DNA of 64,000 nucleotides, from the IMG/VR virus record IMGVR_UViG_3300031867_000021, positions 43,603 through 107,602 of that record. The stretch is one strand, 5' to 3'. Under the pieces are notes generated by a model. It had not been told where the DNA came from, did not search any database, and saw only the letters and a program-made list of their open reading frames with translations. Positions 1 through 11,000 of this stretch are shown in pieces (the stretch's first letter is position 1; every line of letters starts with the position of its first letter). A program made the translations under genes and the position numbers. The stretch comes from a virus. Its lineage: Duplodnaviria; Caudoviricetes.

Positions 1-496
1 TGGAAAGCACATCATCATTTGTGATCATTCCAGACTGAGAAATCATCACGGTAATGTTCGCAGAACCATTGAACACATACGGAATATCGTAAACCCGCTG
101 CACCGTTGCGGTCGCCTCTGACAGAATCAGGTCCGGTGTGCCCCCGAAAGTCATATAACTGAACAGGCACTCTGAATTCGCGATATCGTTCCCCTGCGCG
201 TCCACGAGCTTTGCAAAAACACCAATTTCGTCCACATAAGTCGCGGCCTCCAGATTGGAATTCAGATACTGCACCGTCACAATCATGACTCCGTTGCTCC
301 GGGTTATTTTTCGGGCAATCACAGCATCCCTGAACTTCGCGATCAATTGAGTATAGTTCTCCAGGATCGCCGCATCGGCAGCAACTCCGGTTCCGAGTTC
401 CGCCCGGGTAAAAACAACCCTGGCATCCGTGCCAAGCGCAGTGGCCAGAAGGTTTCGACCCACAGCCGTAATAACGTTTTCAACCGCTCTACTCAT
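1..496 (-). CDS. Tail fibre/tail-collar protein, N-terminal part (runs off window)
   Basis: ATG at 496 reads MSRAVENVITAVGRNLLATALGTDARVVFTRAELGTG, a typical tail-fibre N-terminus. Follows baseplate genes. Absent from the ORF track because it is truncated. Confidence 0.65.
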   Translation of the reverse strand, partial: MSRAVENVITAVGRNLLATALGTDARVVFTRAELGTGVAADAAILENYTQLIAKFRDAVIARKITRSNGVMIVTVQYLNSNLEAATYVDEIGVFAKLVDAQGNDIANSECLFSYMTFGGTPDLILSEATATVQRVYDIPYVFNGSANITVMISQSGMITNDDVLS

Positions 497-499
497 CGC

Positions 500-1468
500 T
501 TATTCCTCCTGTTCTGCAGCTCCCTGAAGCCCGACCTGCATAAAGTCGGATCCAAGCCGTGTATCTGTCGTAATATTTGTATTAGCCACAGTATCAATGA
601 TTTCATAAACGACATCAACTCCGGCGGGCCGTGGCGCAATCAGGTCGCCACGAACCATCTGCTTCTGAATATCTGACAACTTTCCACGAATCTGGTATTT
701 CATGGTCATCAGTCCTGTTTCCGGATCAACGCCGCCATCTGTAAAAGAAAAACCGTAGTTGGAGAAAACTGCTCTCAAGATGTTCGTAAGCCCTTGGTTG
801 GTTCCGTCCCACATGTTTGAGGCGATCCGCGCCTGAATCAGCAGCCTGAAATCGTCATCGTTCAAAAGTCCGTCCGAGCCTTCTATTGCAAACGGAAGCT
901 GACGTTCCGCTCCGACAATGGCGCCAATGAAATCAAGCTGCCTGCCGACAGCAGAAGTCAGGTCAAAATCCAGGAGCGTCTGTTCGAGCATGTTTCCGAT
1001 TTCGATCCCCTGCACGCAGCACAAAAGCACGAACTCCGCGAACCGGCTCCGCTCAGGCGTGTAGGATTCTACGATGTAGAAATATGTAAAAGGCAGGGCT
1101 GAATCTTCAACCCCGCTGACCACAATTCTGCTAAATCTGCTGAAATTCTGCCCGGAAGCGGTTTCCTCCGGAAGGTCGAACGTTTTGCCGTTCAATCCTT
1201 CATTGCCGGCGGCCACTGTGGCAATGAGCCTTTCCTCTTCCTGTCCTCCGGTTCTGACCCTGTAATAAACCCGAAGTTCCGCATTTGAATTCTTGCTTGT
1301 TGTGCTGATGTAAACTTCGTTTCCAATCAACTGATTCAGATAGGCGATACTGGCTGTTTTTTCCGGCCCTTCGCCTGAATATGTGACATCAAAAATCGTC
1401 CAGATTTCGCCCTCTCTCGGAATCCGATGCGCCGGCGGAATCATTTCCTCGTATCTCTGATAATCCAT
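500..1468 (-). CDS. Baseplate protein, DUF2612-like, with N-terminal extension
   Basis: FDLTSAVGRQLDFIGAIVG...DDDFRLLIQARIASNMWDGT...PRPAGV motifs; next to baseplate J. Confidence 0.8.
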   Translation of the reverse strand: MDYQRYEEMIPPAHRIPREGEIWTIFDVTYSGEGPEKTASIAYLNQLIGNEVYISTTSKNSNAELRVYYRVRTGGQEEERLIATVAAGNEGLNGKTFDLPEETASGQNFSRFSRIVVSGVEDSALPFTYFYIVESYTPERSRFAEFVLLCCVQGIEIGNMLEQTLLDFDLTSAVGRQLDFIGAIVGAERQLPFAIEGSDGLLNDDDFRLLIQARIASNMWDGTNQGLTNILRAVFSNYGFSFTDGGVDPETGLMTMKYQIRGKLSDIQKQMVRGDLIAPRPAGVDVVYEIIDTVANTNITTDTRLGSDFMQVGLQGAAEQEE

Positions 1469-1470
1469 TC

Positions 1471-2673
1471 TTATTCCACCTCAATTACCCAGACATTCGG
1501 TGAAGTCTCCGTCAGCGTTGTCACGGTTCCGGCATTTTTCCACATATAATCATAAGGCGCCACAAGCGTATCGCTCTGGACGCTTTCGCCATGCCCCGCC
1601 ACATACAGGTTTGAGATAGAGAAAATCGGATAAGCGGCCTTATTTGCGCTGAATATAATCCCATGCAGCAGACCGACAATCAGGTTTTCCCCGACACCCA
1701 GCGAATTGATATACTCGGAAACGACCCGTGGAATATCTTCTGAAAGCAGCGTAGGCTCAAACTCCGCAAATATTCGCAGCGTCATCGATACTTTGACGTT
1801 TTCCTTTGTCGGCCGGCTGAATCGAATCTCATTCTCGTGATTGTATTCATCTACATAAATCACGGCTTCTGTTCCGCTAAGCCCACACCCAGGAGCTTTT
1901 TTTAACCACAAAACCTCCGCAATATCAGCATCTTCTCCGCCATCTACAACAGCGCAGATGGAATGGGCCGGAATATCCCCCGGCGTGGATGTCCTGTTTT
2001 CGACCACATTGACCGAGTTGACTCCGCTCACATTTACCAGGGCACCCACAATCCCGCTCATGATGGATCTTGACGGAAGCGAAACACTTGCACTCCTGCG
2101 CTTGCGCAACTGCGCGTCCGTCTCAATCTCGTTACCAAGAATCGCCGGTGCTTCGTTTGTCACGCCGTACCAGTGAACAACAGCCGTATTGATCTCATTG
2201 ATTGCACCAATACCTGCGGCAATGGCCCCTGTCTCTGTGCAGTATGCGGTCGCTGTGGCTTTACCTTCATTGTTAAAAGTCACAGGCTCCTGAATCTGCC
2301 AGACATGAGAATCTATGTCAATTGCCTGTAGTCCAGCCGGAAGGGTTACGCCCGCCGTCCCGGTCAGCGTGAGAACCGCAGAGGAGCTTGTGGCCTGTTT
2401 GCGGACAATACCGTTGAGTGGCACCAGAAGGTCAAGGGCTGAATCCGTCGCATAATTCGGATTTCTGGAGTTGTAGTTATCCAGGAGCACCGAACCCAGA
2501 TCATCCCAGCACTTCGCCACAATCGAAAGCAGCTGATAATCCATGGTATCCGGCTCAATATACACATCTGAGCCGAAAATCTTCCGATATCCGGCAATCA
2601 GATCCTCCAGTCTCTCCGCATAACTCGGAAGGTGGATCCCACCCTCATCGAGATAAGGCGCGAAGTAGCTCAT
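1471..2673 (-). CDS. Baseplate J/gp47-like wedge protein
   Basis: GIVRKQAT, ETDAQLRKRR and PAHSICAVVDGG motifs; 400 aa. Confidence 0.9.
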   Translation of the reverse strand: MSYFAPYLDEGGIHLPSYAERLEDLIAGYRKIFGSDVYIEPDTMDYQLLSIVAKCWDDLGSVLLDNYNSRNPNYATDSALDLLVPLNGIVRKQATSSSAVLTLTGTAGVTLPAGLQAIDIDSHVWQIQEPVTFNNEGKATATAYCTETGAIAAGIGAINEINTAVVHWYGVTNEAPAILGNEIETDAQLRKRRSASVSLPSRSIMSGIVGALVNVSGVNSVNVVENRTSTPGDIPAHSICAVVDGGEDADIAEVLWLKKAPGCGLSGTEAVIYVDEYNHENEIRFSRPTKENVKVSMTLRIFAEFEPTLLSEDIPRVVSEYINSLGVGENLIVGLLHGIIFSANKAAYPIFSISNLYVAGHGESVQSDTLVAPYDYMWKNAGTVTTLTETSPNVWVIEVE

Positions 2674-3031
2674 TCATGTCCACGCTCCTCTCTACATTTT
2701 CTCCAAATTCCGATCTGACGGTGATATCCGCCCGAATGCTGTGCTTATACCTTGTGGTGGAGGTCGAAACCAGTTCCTTTACCCCTCTCGTCTGCTTGAT
2801 ATAGGCTGCTACATAGCCGATCATGGTATCAACGCCCTTTTCCGATCTCAGGCCGTTCACGAGGAACTGCGGAATTTCAAGCCCTATATCTCTGTCTTCC
2901 CACCAGTCCCCGCGGTGCAAGTCCATCCGGCTCTGCACCGCGGCCGCCACAGCATCCGTATCCACGAGCATCTGTGAGGAATTCTGAACCGGCCTCATAT
3001 CTCCGTCTTCATCCACAGGTCTGTATCTCAT
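2645..3031 (-). CDS. Baseplate protein (Mu gp46/gpW-like)
   Basis: MRYRPVDEDGD...AVQSRMDLHRGDWWEDRDIG pattern; synteny. Confidence 0.7.
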   Translation of the reverse strand: MRYRPVDEDGDMRPVQNSSQMLVDTDAVAAAVQSRMDLHRGDWWEDRDIGLEIPQFLVNGLRSEKGVDTMIGYVAAYIKQTRGVKELVSTSTTRYKHSIRADITVRSEFGENVERSVDMNELLRALSR

Positions 3032-3037
3032 TCCATA

Positions 3038-5353
3038 TCACGCTCCCGAAATCAGATTGCGAATCGCATTGATAACCGCCGCTGAAGGATACTGCGAAGA
3101 AACAGTCACCCGCGGCACTTCCTCACCAACTACGGTATAGCAGGCGCGAATCGCGGCAGCGAACCGTTCCATAATCGTTTTCCACTTCGCGAAGTACCCG
3201 TTTTCAGTCTCCTGATTCAGAACAATCTCCGCAAGGCCGTAGGCGGCCCTTTTCGCATTGATCATCTGCCACATCTCCGTGATATCCGCCTTGTGAGAAA
3301 TGCTTTCGTTCGAAATGATATCTCCCGAAGCGATTTCTCTGAAAAACTCTGTCTCAGACAGAGTGATCGTCCAGGACGCATCCGCAAGGCAGTGTGCCAG
3401 CTCGTCACTGACCCGCGCGAAGAACTCATAGGTTCCGGCGGCCTGCAGCTCAGCCCTGAAATAGGCAATTCCGGCTGCAGAAGAAACGCTCTTTGAACTG
3501 CTCCATACGGTTTGACCATCTTTGACCGCCCACATGGACACGGTCTGCGCCATTCCGTCCGGCTCCGCTGAATAACTCACCTTAAAGGCCGGAGTTAATG
3601 TCGCCATGGTGTTCACAACCGGAAGCTGAATCACCGGAGTTTCCGGCAGCCGGTTTTTCCTGACCGTTGTCGTTTCTGCATAGGCGCTCATCGCGCCGAT
3701 GGTATCTCTGGCCGCCACCCGATACTTGATAAAGCTTCCGCGAGGCAGAACCATCAGCGTCGGCGCATGGTTGTAGCTGGTTCCGATGACCGTTGCAAGA
3801 CTTGTCCAGCTGCCCCATGAGGATCCGTCGGATGAAACTGCGTACTGCAGAACATAATCGCTCAGATTTCCATCCGCATCCGTAGAAGCCTCCCATGAGA
3901 GAACGATATTTCCGCTCTCATATCTTGCCGGCGTCACTTCAAAGCTTCCCGGAACAGTCGGCAGCGAGTTTCTGGTTACGACGCTTGAGGCAATCCAGTC
4001 GGAAGCAACACCCAGAGCATCGATCGCCCGAACGTAGTATTTTATTTTCGCTCCACGAGAGAAAGACGGAGCATCGAATTGATAACTGGTTACATTTCCA
4101 ACGTTCGTAGCCGTTCCGCGCGTCCCGTTGTTGCTTGCATCAAGCGCAACCTCATAATAACTGATGTTTGAGGTCGTTTTTGCCGCAGCGGTCCATGAAA
4201 CGGTGATTTTCCCATTCTCCCAAACCGCCGGGCTTGCCGAGATCCCGGAAGGCGCTCCTGGAACAATATTCTTCTGCAGCGAAGAGAACTCCACATATCC
4301 GCTTGCTACACCGAAGGCGTCCACCGCCCTGACCCGGTACTGGATTTGGTATCCTCTCGTCAGAGAAGGCGAGGCGGTATAGGTTCTGTTTGTGCCGTTG
4401 CTCCACTCGCTCGACCACGCACTCCAGCTCGACCCGTTGTACGTTCTGTAGCTCAGGTTGTACTGGCTTATGCTTGATGTTGAGGAAGAGGAAGCATTCC
4501 ACGAAAGAGTAATCGCACCTTCAAAGACTGCAGGCGTAGCGCTCAGCCCGCTCGGATTTGTCGGTGCAATATCCCTCCGCAGGGTACCGCTCGCGACATA
4601 GCCGGAATAATAGCTCTCTCCGGCGCTGCCCTCTGTTCTGACCCGGAACTGCCGATAATAGCCCCTCGTGCCAGAAGGCGCAACCGCGACACTGGTAGCG
4701 GTTGTTGTGGTGTAATCAGCCCACGCGCCCCATGAGCTTCCGTCGGAGGATTCTCGGTACTGTATACGATATCTCTGAATTGAGTTGCTGCTTCCGGCAG
4801 AGCCCGCGTTCCAGCTCAGCGTCACATTCCCTTCAGAAATGGCACTGCTCAGCCTGACATTGCTCGGCGCTCCGCAGGCGGTATACACAAGGGCTGTCGT
4901 GATTACGACGGTCGCCTGTTCCCACCAGCCGACACCGTAATCCGCGTAACCCGTTCCGCCGTACCCCTTCTTCAGGGCAATGGTCTTCCCCCGAAGATTT
5001 GTCCACGACTGGCCTGACTTATTGAAGTTTCCGGCCCCGTAGGATTCGCCAGGAGAAAACGAATGCTTCCCAAGTGAATAGGCGTTTCCGCCGGAAGAAT
5101 CGCAGATGAATAATTCGATGGACTGATCCGTGTCATCATAATTGTAAAACGTTCCATTAATCGAAATGCCGGTCGGGTATTCATCCGGCCCAAGAGCGAT
5201 CGTTCCGCCGCTGTTAGGCCAAACAGAATCCGGCTGTGCGTATATACATCCCTTTGTCGCGCCAAGGCAAGAATAGCTGTTAAACCGATACCGCCACAAA
5301 TCTTCATAGGTATGGCGCTCCGGGTTTCCGATATAGCCAGTCCTTGAACCCAT
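3038..5353 (-). CDS. Fibronectin type III repeat virion protein
   Basis: Repeated P..PS.lsasP..vtlSWna......Y...y...W...YRVRA units. Confidence 0.8.
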   Translation of the reverse strand: MGSRTGYIGNPERHTYEDLWRYRFNSYSCLGATKGCIYAQPDSVWPNSGGTIALGPDEYPTGISINGTFYNYDDTDQSIELFICDSSGGNAYSLGKHSFSPGESYGAGNFNKSGQSWTNLRGKTIALKKGYGGTGYADYGVGWWEQATVVITTALVYTACGAPSNVRLSSAISEGNVTLSWNAGSAGSSNSIQRYRIQYRESSDGSSWGAWADYTTTTATSVAVAPSGTRGYYRQFRVRTEGSAGESYYSGYVASGTLRRDIAPTNPSGLSATPAVFEGAITLSWNASSSSTSSISQYNLSYRTYNGSSWSAWSSEWSNGTNRTYTASPSLTRGYQIQYRVRAVDAFGVASGYVEFSSLQKNIVPGAPSGISASPAVWENGKITVSWTAAAKTTSNISYYEVALDASNNGTRGTATNVGNVTSYQFDAPSFSRGAKIKYYVRAIDALGVASDWIASSVVTRNSLPTVPGSFEVTPARYESGNIVLSWEASTDADGNLSDYVLQYAVSSDGSSWGSWTSLATVIGTSYNHAPTLMVLPRGSFIKYRVAARDTIGAMSAYAETTTVRKNRLPETPVIQLPVVNTMATLTPAFKVSYSAEPDGMAQTVSMWAVKDGQTVWSSSKSVSSAAGIAYFRAELQAAGTYEFFARVSDELAHCLADASWTITLSETEFFREIASGDIISNESISHKADITEMWQMINAKRAAYGLAEIVLNQETENGYFAKWKTIMERFAAAIRACYTVVGEEVPRVTVSSQYPSAAVINAIRNLISGA

Positions 5354-5382
5354 TAAACCACCCCTTTCTCCCCGGTGGGCAC

Positions 5383-5967
5383 TCAGCTAACCCTTGTCCA
5401 GCAGTACATCAGCATTTCCGGCATTTCTTCCCACACTCCGCCGAACAGCGTACCAGGATTGGTCTCAACTGTGCTGAAATAAACGGCGCCGACCGGATAA
5501 ATGAGATCCAGAACGACATTTTTGCTCAGCATTTCCGTCCCATTAAGGTTCTGGATCCTGTTTGGCTTGCTTCGGAATCCGACAAAGGCAAAACCGTCCG
5601 AAATATCATGTTTTCTTACAGAGATCGGCGAACTGGATCCCCCATTCTGGAACCATGCATCGATACAGCAGTCCGAGAAAACCACAAGGCACTCATCGCC
5701 CTGCGAAATCGGAAAGGTGAATCCGGCTCCCTTTCCTCCGGGAAAGAATACCGGCACATCAGAGAGAAGCGGCGGCCGCACGTTCTTGCCGTTCATCAAG
5801 CTTCGGATAGCCAGTTCCACGGTGACTGTCTGTTCCGCCTCGTTATATGATCGGACAATCCCCGGCTGCGCGCAGTGAATCTCCTGTTTAATCAGCTCTT
5901 TCAGCCTGTCAAACTCCGCGCCGGGTGCCTGTACAATTTCATCGACAGAAACCTTACTCATCAGCAC
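5383..5967 (-). CDS. Baseplate spike N-terminal (Gp138-like) protein
   Basis: PGIVRSYN...DVPVFFPGG..FTFPISQGDECLVVFSDCCIDAW...RKHDISDGFA. Confidence 0.85.
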   Translation of the reverse strand: MLMSKVSVDEIVQAPGAEFDRLKELIKQEIHCAQPGIVRSYNEAEQTVTVELAIRSLMNGKNVRPPLLSDVPVFFPGGKGAGFTFPISQGDECLVVFSDCCIDAWFQNGGSSSPISVRKHDISDGFAFVGFRSKPNRIQNLNGTEMLSKNVVLDLIYPVGAVYFSTVETNPGTLFGGVWEEMPEMLMYCWTRVS

Positions 5968-6755
5968 CCGCCTCCCCAGTCATTCCAGTTGTCGATCTGC
6001 GTTTCATCGACCAGAATCAGCTCGGTTTTCCAGAGTCCCTTCATGCTGTCCGCGTCAATCGTCTGACAGAGAAGCCTGTAGCTCGCCGCGGAATCCGGCA
6101 GTTTAATCGTCTGTCCGACAGGAAAACCCCGCATCCCGACAATCTGCACGATATACGCCCCTTCGGCCTGAGCAACCCGGTTCATGATATCCTGCGAGCC
6201 GAAGGTGATGGTGTCTGTTGATCTTCCCTTCTGGAAAATGAACAGGCCCCCGCGGGTGAAGTACGCGCGGGACTGCATGGATTTTGCCAGCTCGCTGATA
6301 TAAACGGCCGTTCTGCCATGAAAAGCCTGACCCCGGAACAGCGTGGCGTCATCCGCTCGAATCGCCACAATCGGGACCGGGCGGGAGCACTGCTCCACCA
6401 GCGTCCGAATCGTCTTCTGAATGGAGTTTCCGGCTCGCAGGCTCAAAGAAACCGAGGACATCCAGAAATCCATCCCGTCCGAAATGACGATGGTCGTCAT
6501 ATCCTTGTTGTTGTCCGTATGGGTGTAAATCTCTTCCACCTGACCGCGAACCAGCAGGCTTTCCTCCTGTCCCTTGACGTCCAGAACCTTCGCGTCATGG
6601 ATCCTTCCGGCGGCATCCTCCGGCAGCAGGTGAACCGTCAGCTCCCATAGGTCCGGCCGGAGACTCATCGTCGCCCTGCCCCGCAGCCGCATCCGGCACC
6701 CTTCCGCGATCCGTACCCCATCCGCGAACAGGCTTAGTTCTCTCAGCTCGTCCAT
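5961..6755 (-). CDS. Baseplate hub protein
   Basis: Position between plug and spike genes; size. Confidence 0.55.
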   Translation of the reverse strand: MDELRELSLFADGVRIAEGCRMRLRGRATMSLRPDLWELTVHLLPEDAAGRIHDAKVLDVKGQEESLLVRGQVEEIYTHTDNNKDMTTIVISDGMDFWMSSVSLSLRAGNSIQKTIRTLVEQCSRPVPIVAIRADDATLFRGQAFHGRTAVYISELAKSMQSRAYFTRGGLFIFQKGRSTDTITFGSQDIMNRVAQAEGAYIVQIVGMRGFPVGQTIKLPDSAASYRLLCQTIDADSMKGLWKTELILVDETQIDNWNDWGGGC

Positions 6756-7096
6756 GGACTATCCCCCCAGACAAGCTCATACTCTTGGATGTTCGTCACC
6801 ATATTCGGCGTTTCGATCTTGTTAATCACAGGGAAACAGACAACCGCCCCACAGAGCTTGTAAGAAACCTGCTTCAGCAGGTCATTAAGCGAACCGTCTT
6901 CGGACGGCACAAGCGGGAAATTCCGCAGCACATCCTCGCCAGTGCTCACATCAATCACCGTGGCGAAATACTTCCCGACAAATTCCCGGTAATCCAGAAT
7001 CAGCCGGTATGTTCTGGCCTTCTCATTCGGCTGCACGTCCATCGTTTGAGACTGACTGACATAGTCAGGATTGATCTGCAGCATGATCTGTTCCAT
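6743..7096 (-). CDS. Small baseplate (plug-like) protein
   Basis: Synteny and 117-aa size. Confidence 0.5.
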   Translation of the reverse strand: MEQIMLQINPDYVSQSQTMDVQPNEKARTYRLILDYREFVGKYFATVIDVSTGEDVLRNFPLVPSEDGSLNDLLKQVSYKLCGAVVCFPVINKIETPNMVTNIQEYELVWGDSPWTS

Positions 7097-7114
7097 TGCC
7101 CGTCACCCTCTTTC

Positions 7115-8059
7115 TCAGATGAAGTTCGCACCGACCCAGTTGACCCAGACCGAAGGAGTGCATCCGCTTGACTTTCCGGTATGCTTTGTGACTTCGGTGG
7201 ATCTCTCTTCTCCGCCGCCGCCTCCACCGCCGCCTTCCGGCTTTTCCTGGAACGTAAGCTGCCCATACCAGCCGAAATGCGTGGTATCCGCATCCTGCGA
7301 CAGGGAAAGCCCGGCCAGAAGCATATCCTTGTAGGTCATGAGGTTCGTGATCACATCCACAAGAACCCGGCTTCTTTTGATCTCATTCAGAACAATCAGA
7401 GCCGAAACCGACCGGGTTTTGTCCTTGTTGGTCAGGGCATTCCGGTCGGTGTAGACATCCGACATAATGACATCGAAAGTCACCTTGTTCGGCTCATTCA
7501 GGGCATTGTTGACATAGTCCGCGCCCTCTTTTGACGGCTCTTCCTCCAGCTTCAGCGTCATGGTGTGAGCAACTTTCAGAACGCCGTCCATCATGTAGGT
7601 TTCATTATTACTTTTGTTGTAGATATAGAAGGCCTGAGGAGTGATTGGGAATTCATTTGTGCCGGTGTAAGTGGAGGCCGGCATATTGCTTCCGCCGCCG
7701 CCTCCACCTCCGCCGCCACCTTCTCCACCGCCTCCGCCGCCTCCGCCTGAGCCGCCAGAACCGCCAGAGTTTCCATTCCAAATGCAGTTCATTCTCCGGC
7801 CACAGATACTACAGGTGGCATATTTCTTGTTTTCGGAGGCAACATGCACTGGCGTCCCGCTCGAATTGTGATCGCCAAATGCAGTTTGGGTGAATCTGCC
7901 ATTCGTATAAGTGATCACTTTCCAATGTCTCGACGCATCATGCTGCCATGTTTCGCTGGAAACTTTAGCAACTACGTTTGCCGCAACCCTTTTGGCTGTA
8001 GTCACTGCCCTGCTCGCAGCATTTGCTGCAGCATTCACAATGTTCTGAATGGTTACCAT
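7115..8059 (-). CDS. Dit-like/tail-tube initiator baseplate protein with poly-Gly linkers
   Basis: Directly after tape measure; ...EGADYVNNALNEPNKVTFDVIMSD...VITNLMTYKDMLL pattern. Confidence 0.6.
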   Translation of the reverse strand: MVTIQNIVNAAANAASRAVTTAKRVAANVVAKVSSETWQHDASRHWKVITYTNGRFTQTAFGDHNSSGTPVHVASENKKYATCSICGRRMNCIWNGNSGGSGGSGGGGGGGGEGGGGGGGGGGSNMPASTYTGTNEFPITPQAFYIYNKSNNETYMMDGVLKVAHTMTLKLEEEPSKEGADYVNNALNEPNKVTFDVIMSDVYTDRNALTNKDKTRSVSALIVLNEIKRSRVLVDVITNLMTYKDMLLAGLSLSQDADTTHFGWYGQLTFQEKPEGGGGGGGGEERSTEVTKHTGKSSGCTPSVWVNWVGANFI

Positions 8060-11000
8060 TACGCAAACACCCCCCTCAAAGTCCGAAGCAGATGGCGCTG
8101 CGCCGCATCATAAGCCCTTTCGCCGACATCCTCGGCTCCAACTCCGCTGGCCTGCACGTTGATATTGATCGGAGCGGTTACGGTATTGTTGTTGGTCACA
8201 GAAGCGGAAGAACCCATCGCACTGGCAATGGAAGCATAATCCGCGCCAATCGTGTTTCCTCCGGCGCCGATTCCAAGGTCGCCGATGATTTTGCTTACCG
8301 CAGAAGTGCCCATTTCACCGAACATCTGCTTGATGAGCTCCGCAGCCCGGCTCGGCTTCGTGATAGGAATGAGGTATTCAGGACCATCTTCGCCTGCTGT
8401 CAGGTTGTTAATTTCACGGCCGATACGACCGCCAAAGGCTCCGCGCGGTCCCGATTTCTTATATCCACTGCCGCCAGAGCCTTTGTCGCCATTTGGGAGC
8501 GAGCCTACGATGTTCCCCATTCGCATGTTGACCAAAATATTTATCTCGCCGGGGATCTCCTCCAGAGCGGGTGTAACCTCATCGTTTCCGACAAGAAGAG
8601 ATGCTCTTGTTTCCGGCGTTCTGGATTCAAGCTCGTTGATCTTTTCCTCGGCTTCAGAGGTATCCATGGTCAGCTTGCCGACATTGGCTCCGGCCCCACC
8701 TGGAGAGCCGCTGCTGCCAGAACCGGCAGGCGCGCTCGGCTGCGCATATTGACTATACGGTGAGAGCGGATCGTTTTTGAAATTGTACAGTCTGTTGTTT
8801 TGTACGTTTTCTGTACCCAATGGGGTCCAACCCCAAGGATCTCCACTGTAATCCCAATTATGTTCGATCCCTGTGTTCAAATATGGAATAAAGAATTCAT
8901 CAAACTTTTGGTTCCCGGTAAGTTCTCCAGAGGACATGAATTTGCCGTTTCGTATTGTAGTGTATTTAAAGAACGGTTCAAACTCATCATAAACACTTTT
9001 GGGAACAGTTGCTGTTTCCCCGCTGGATGATACGATTTCTACGGTCTGATTTCCTTTATCGTCTGTTCCTACGATTACATTCCCTTGCGCATCTTTTTTA
9101 GCGGAAGAGGAGCTTGGATCATCGCCAAAGAGTCTCAGAAAATCCTGGAAAACAGGGCTGGCTGCACTGAACAGATTCTGCATGATTGTTTGACTCCACT
9201 CGGAAGCCAGTTGGGCTATTTTCCCAAAGATATCTCCAAAAATGGAATCTATGTCCAAATCTTCAAAGAGGAAATTCTTAAGTCCTCCGGTCTTTCCCCC
9301 ATGTCCATCATCAACGCCGTTCAAGAACTCATCAAGCTTGTTGCTGAGCCGATTTTTAAATCCATCCTGCCCATTGGCTCCGTTCCACCACTCATCAAGC
9401 CCCTGCGTCAGACTCTGCCAGAGCGGTTCAAGAGCTTTGCGCAGACCATTATCACTCCGCATGGTGTGAGCTTCGTCGGCCCATGTTCCCATCCAGATGG
9501 TTTCAAAAGCATCTCGAATGGTATTTATGTCATCCTGAAGGGTCTGCATTCCCTCTGCCGAGCTGTAATACTTGAACGCCTCAGCAAGTCCGGCAAAGAT
9601 TCCGAGAGCATCGCTCCCGGTGGCGGTTTTAACCGTCATGCCAGTAAAAAACGATTTCCAGAAACCGGTCTTTGTGATTTCCTCAGATACAGTTCTTGCT
9701 ATCTGGTCTTCATTGCTTCCTTCAGAGAAAATCTTTGAAATAATACTCTGAAGCAATCCGCCGACAAGGTCACTGCCCGCCTCCAGAGCGTTGAATGCTG
9801 CCTTTAAACCTTCAAAAATGAGAGTTGCGATTGAGGTAAAGTCAACTCCCATGTTGGTTAGCATCTGCTCCGTTACTTTTTGACCATATTCATCGTCCGT
9901 CCAGTTCGGATCTCTTATGACCTGTTTCATCGCGTCTTCCCGCGCTTCGGTGAACATGGTCACAATGCCGCCGATGATCGAACCGACATCAGACACGCCG
10001 AGGAGCTTGAGTATCAGCCCGGCGCCAATACCAGAACTTACGCTGTTCCCGTGAGCAGCTTCTTCAATCGCCTGAGTCAGGGCTGGATTGTTTCCGGCAA
10101 ACATCGTCGCAATCAACCCGCCGAGTTCTGCGGTAAGCCGGCCTCCGGCGCCAAGCGCGCCCGTCAGGGTTCCGATGATGTTCCTTGCAAGATCGATGAT
10201 TTTACTCTGTCCATCAGTTGAACCAATATATGATGTTACGGCACCGAAAATGCCTCCTACGCCCTCTGCGTCACCGATGAACAGATCCCAAATACTGAAA
10301 TCGCTGAGTGTCTGTCTGATTTCCCCAAGCTTATTATTGACAGCCTCAAGCACCATCTCGAAAACGCCGGATACCCGCTCGCTGACGCTTCGGCCTTCGT
10401 TTTGCGGTCCCAGCAGGAAATCCCACATTCCAGTGAAGGCTGTTTCGGTATACTGATAGGTCTGTCCATTGACCACAGTGGTCGGATTATCAGGGGTCAG
10501 CCCGAGCCGCTGATTCCTCTGATAGTTGTTCATATCGTCGATGACGCCGCCGATAGCCGTAATCAGGAACAGGATCTGCCCTATCGGCCCGGATTTTATC
10601 AGCCCCATAACGAATATAATGGCTTCACCGATCTTCCGAATCGCCGGGTCAATCTCATTCACGGTTTCCAGGATCCCGGTAAAGCCCTCCACGATTCCCT
10701 CCACGCCCTTGATGAATCCGGTGATGTAAGAGGAGATTTTCATCGTGATAGAATCCAGATTGTTCTGCAGCCACTTGGCAACGCCTCTGAGCTTGTCCGT
10801 AATCCTCTTGACCGGTTCCTCAATCTGCGTCAGAACCCTCGCACCGATCCAGTCCAGGACATTCTTGGCAGTCGCCCGAAGCTCCCAGAATGCACCACGC
10901 AGACTTTTGAGTCCTTCAATGGTGTTGTTGATGTTGGGCATCGCCATCTGCTCGTTGATTTTGACAAGTTCCTGATAAGTCTTGTTCAGCTCTTTATCCG

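Noticed and set aside
1-5353. Diversity-generating retroelement acting on tail genes
   Set aside because: No reverse transcriptase or TR/VR pair seen in this window; the Fn3 repeats are diverged protein repeats.
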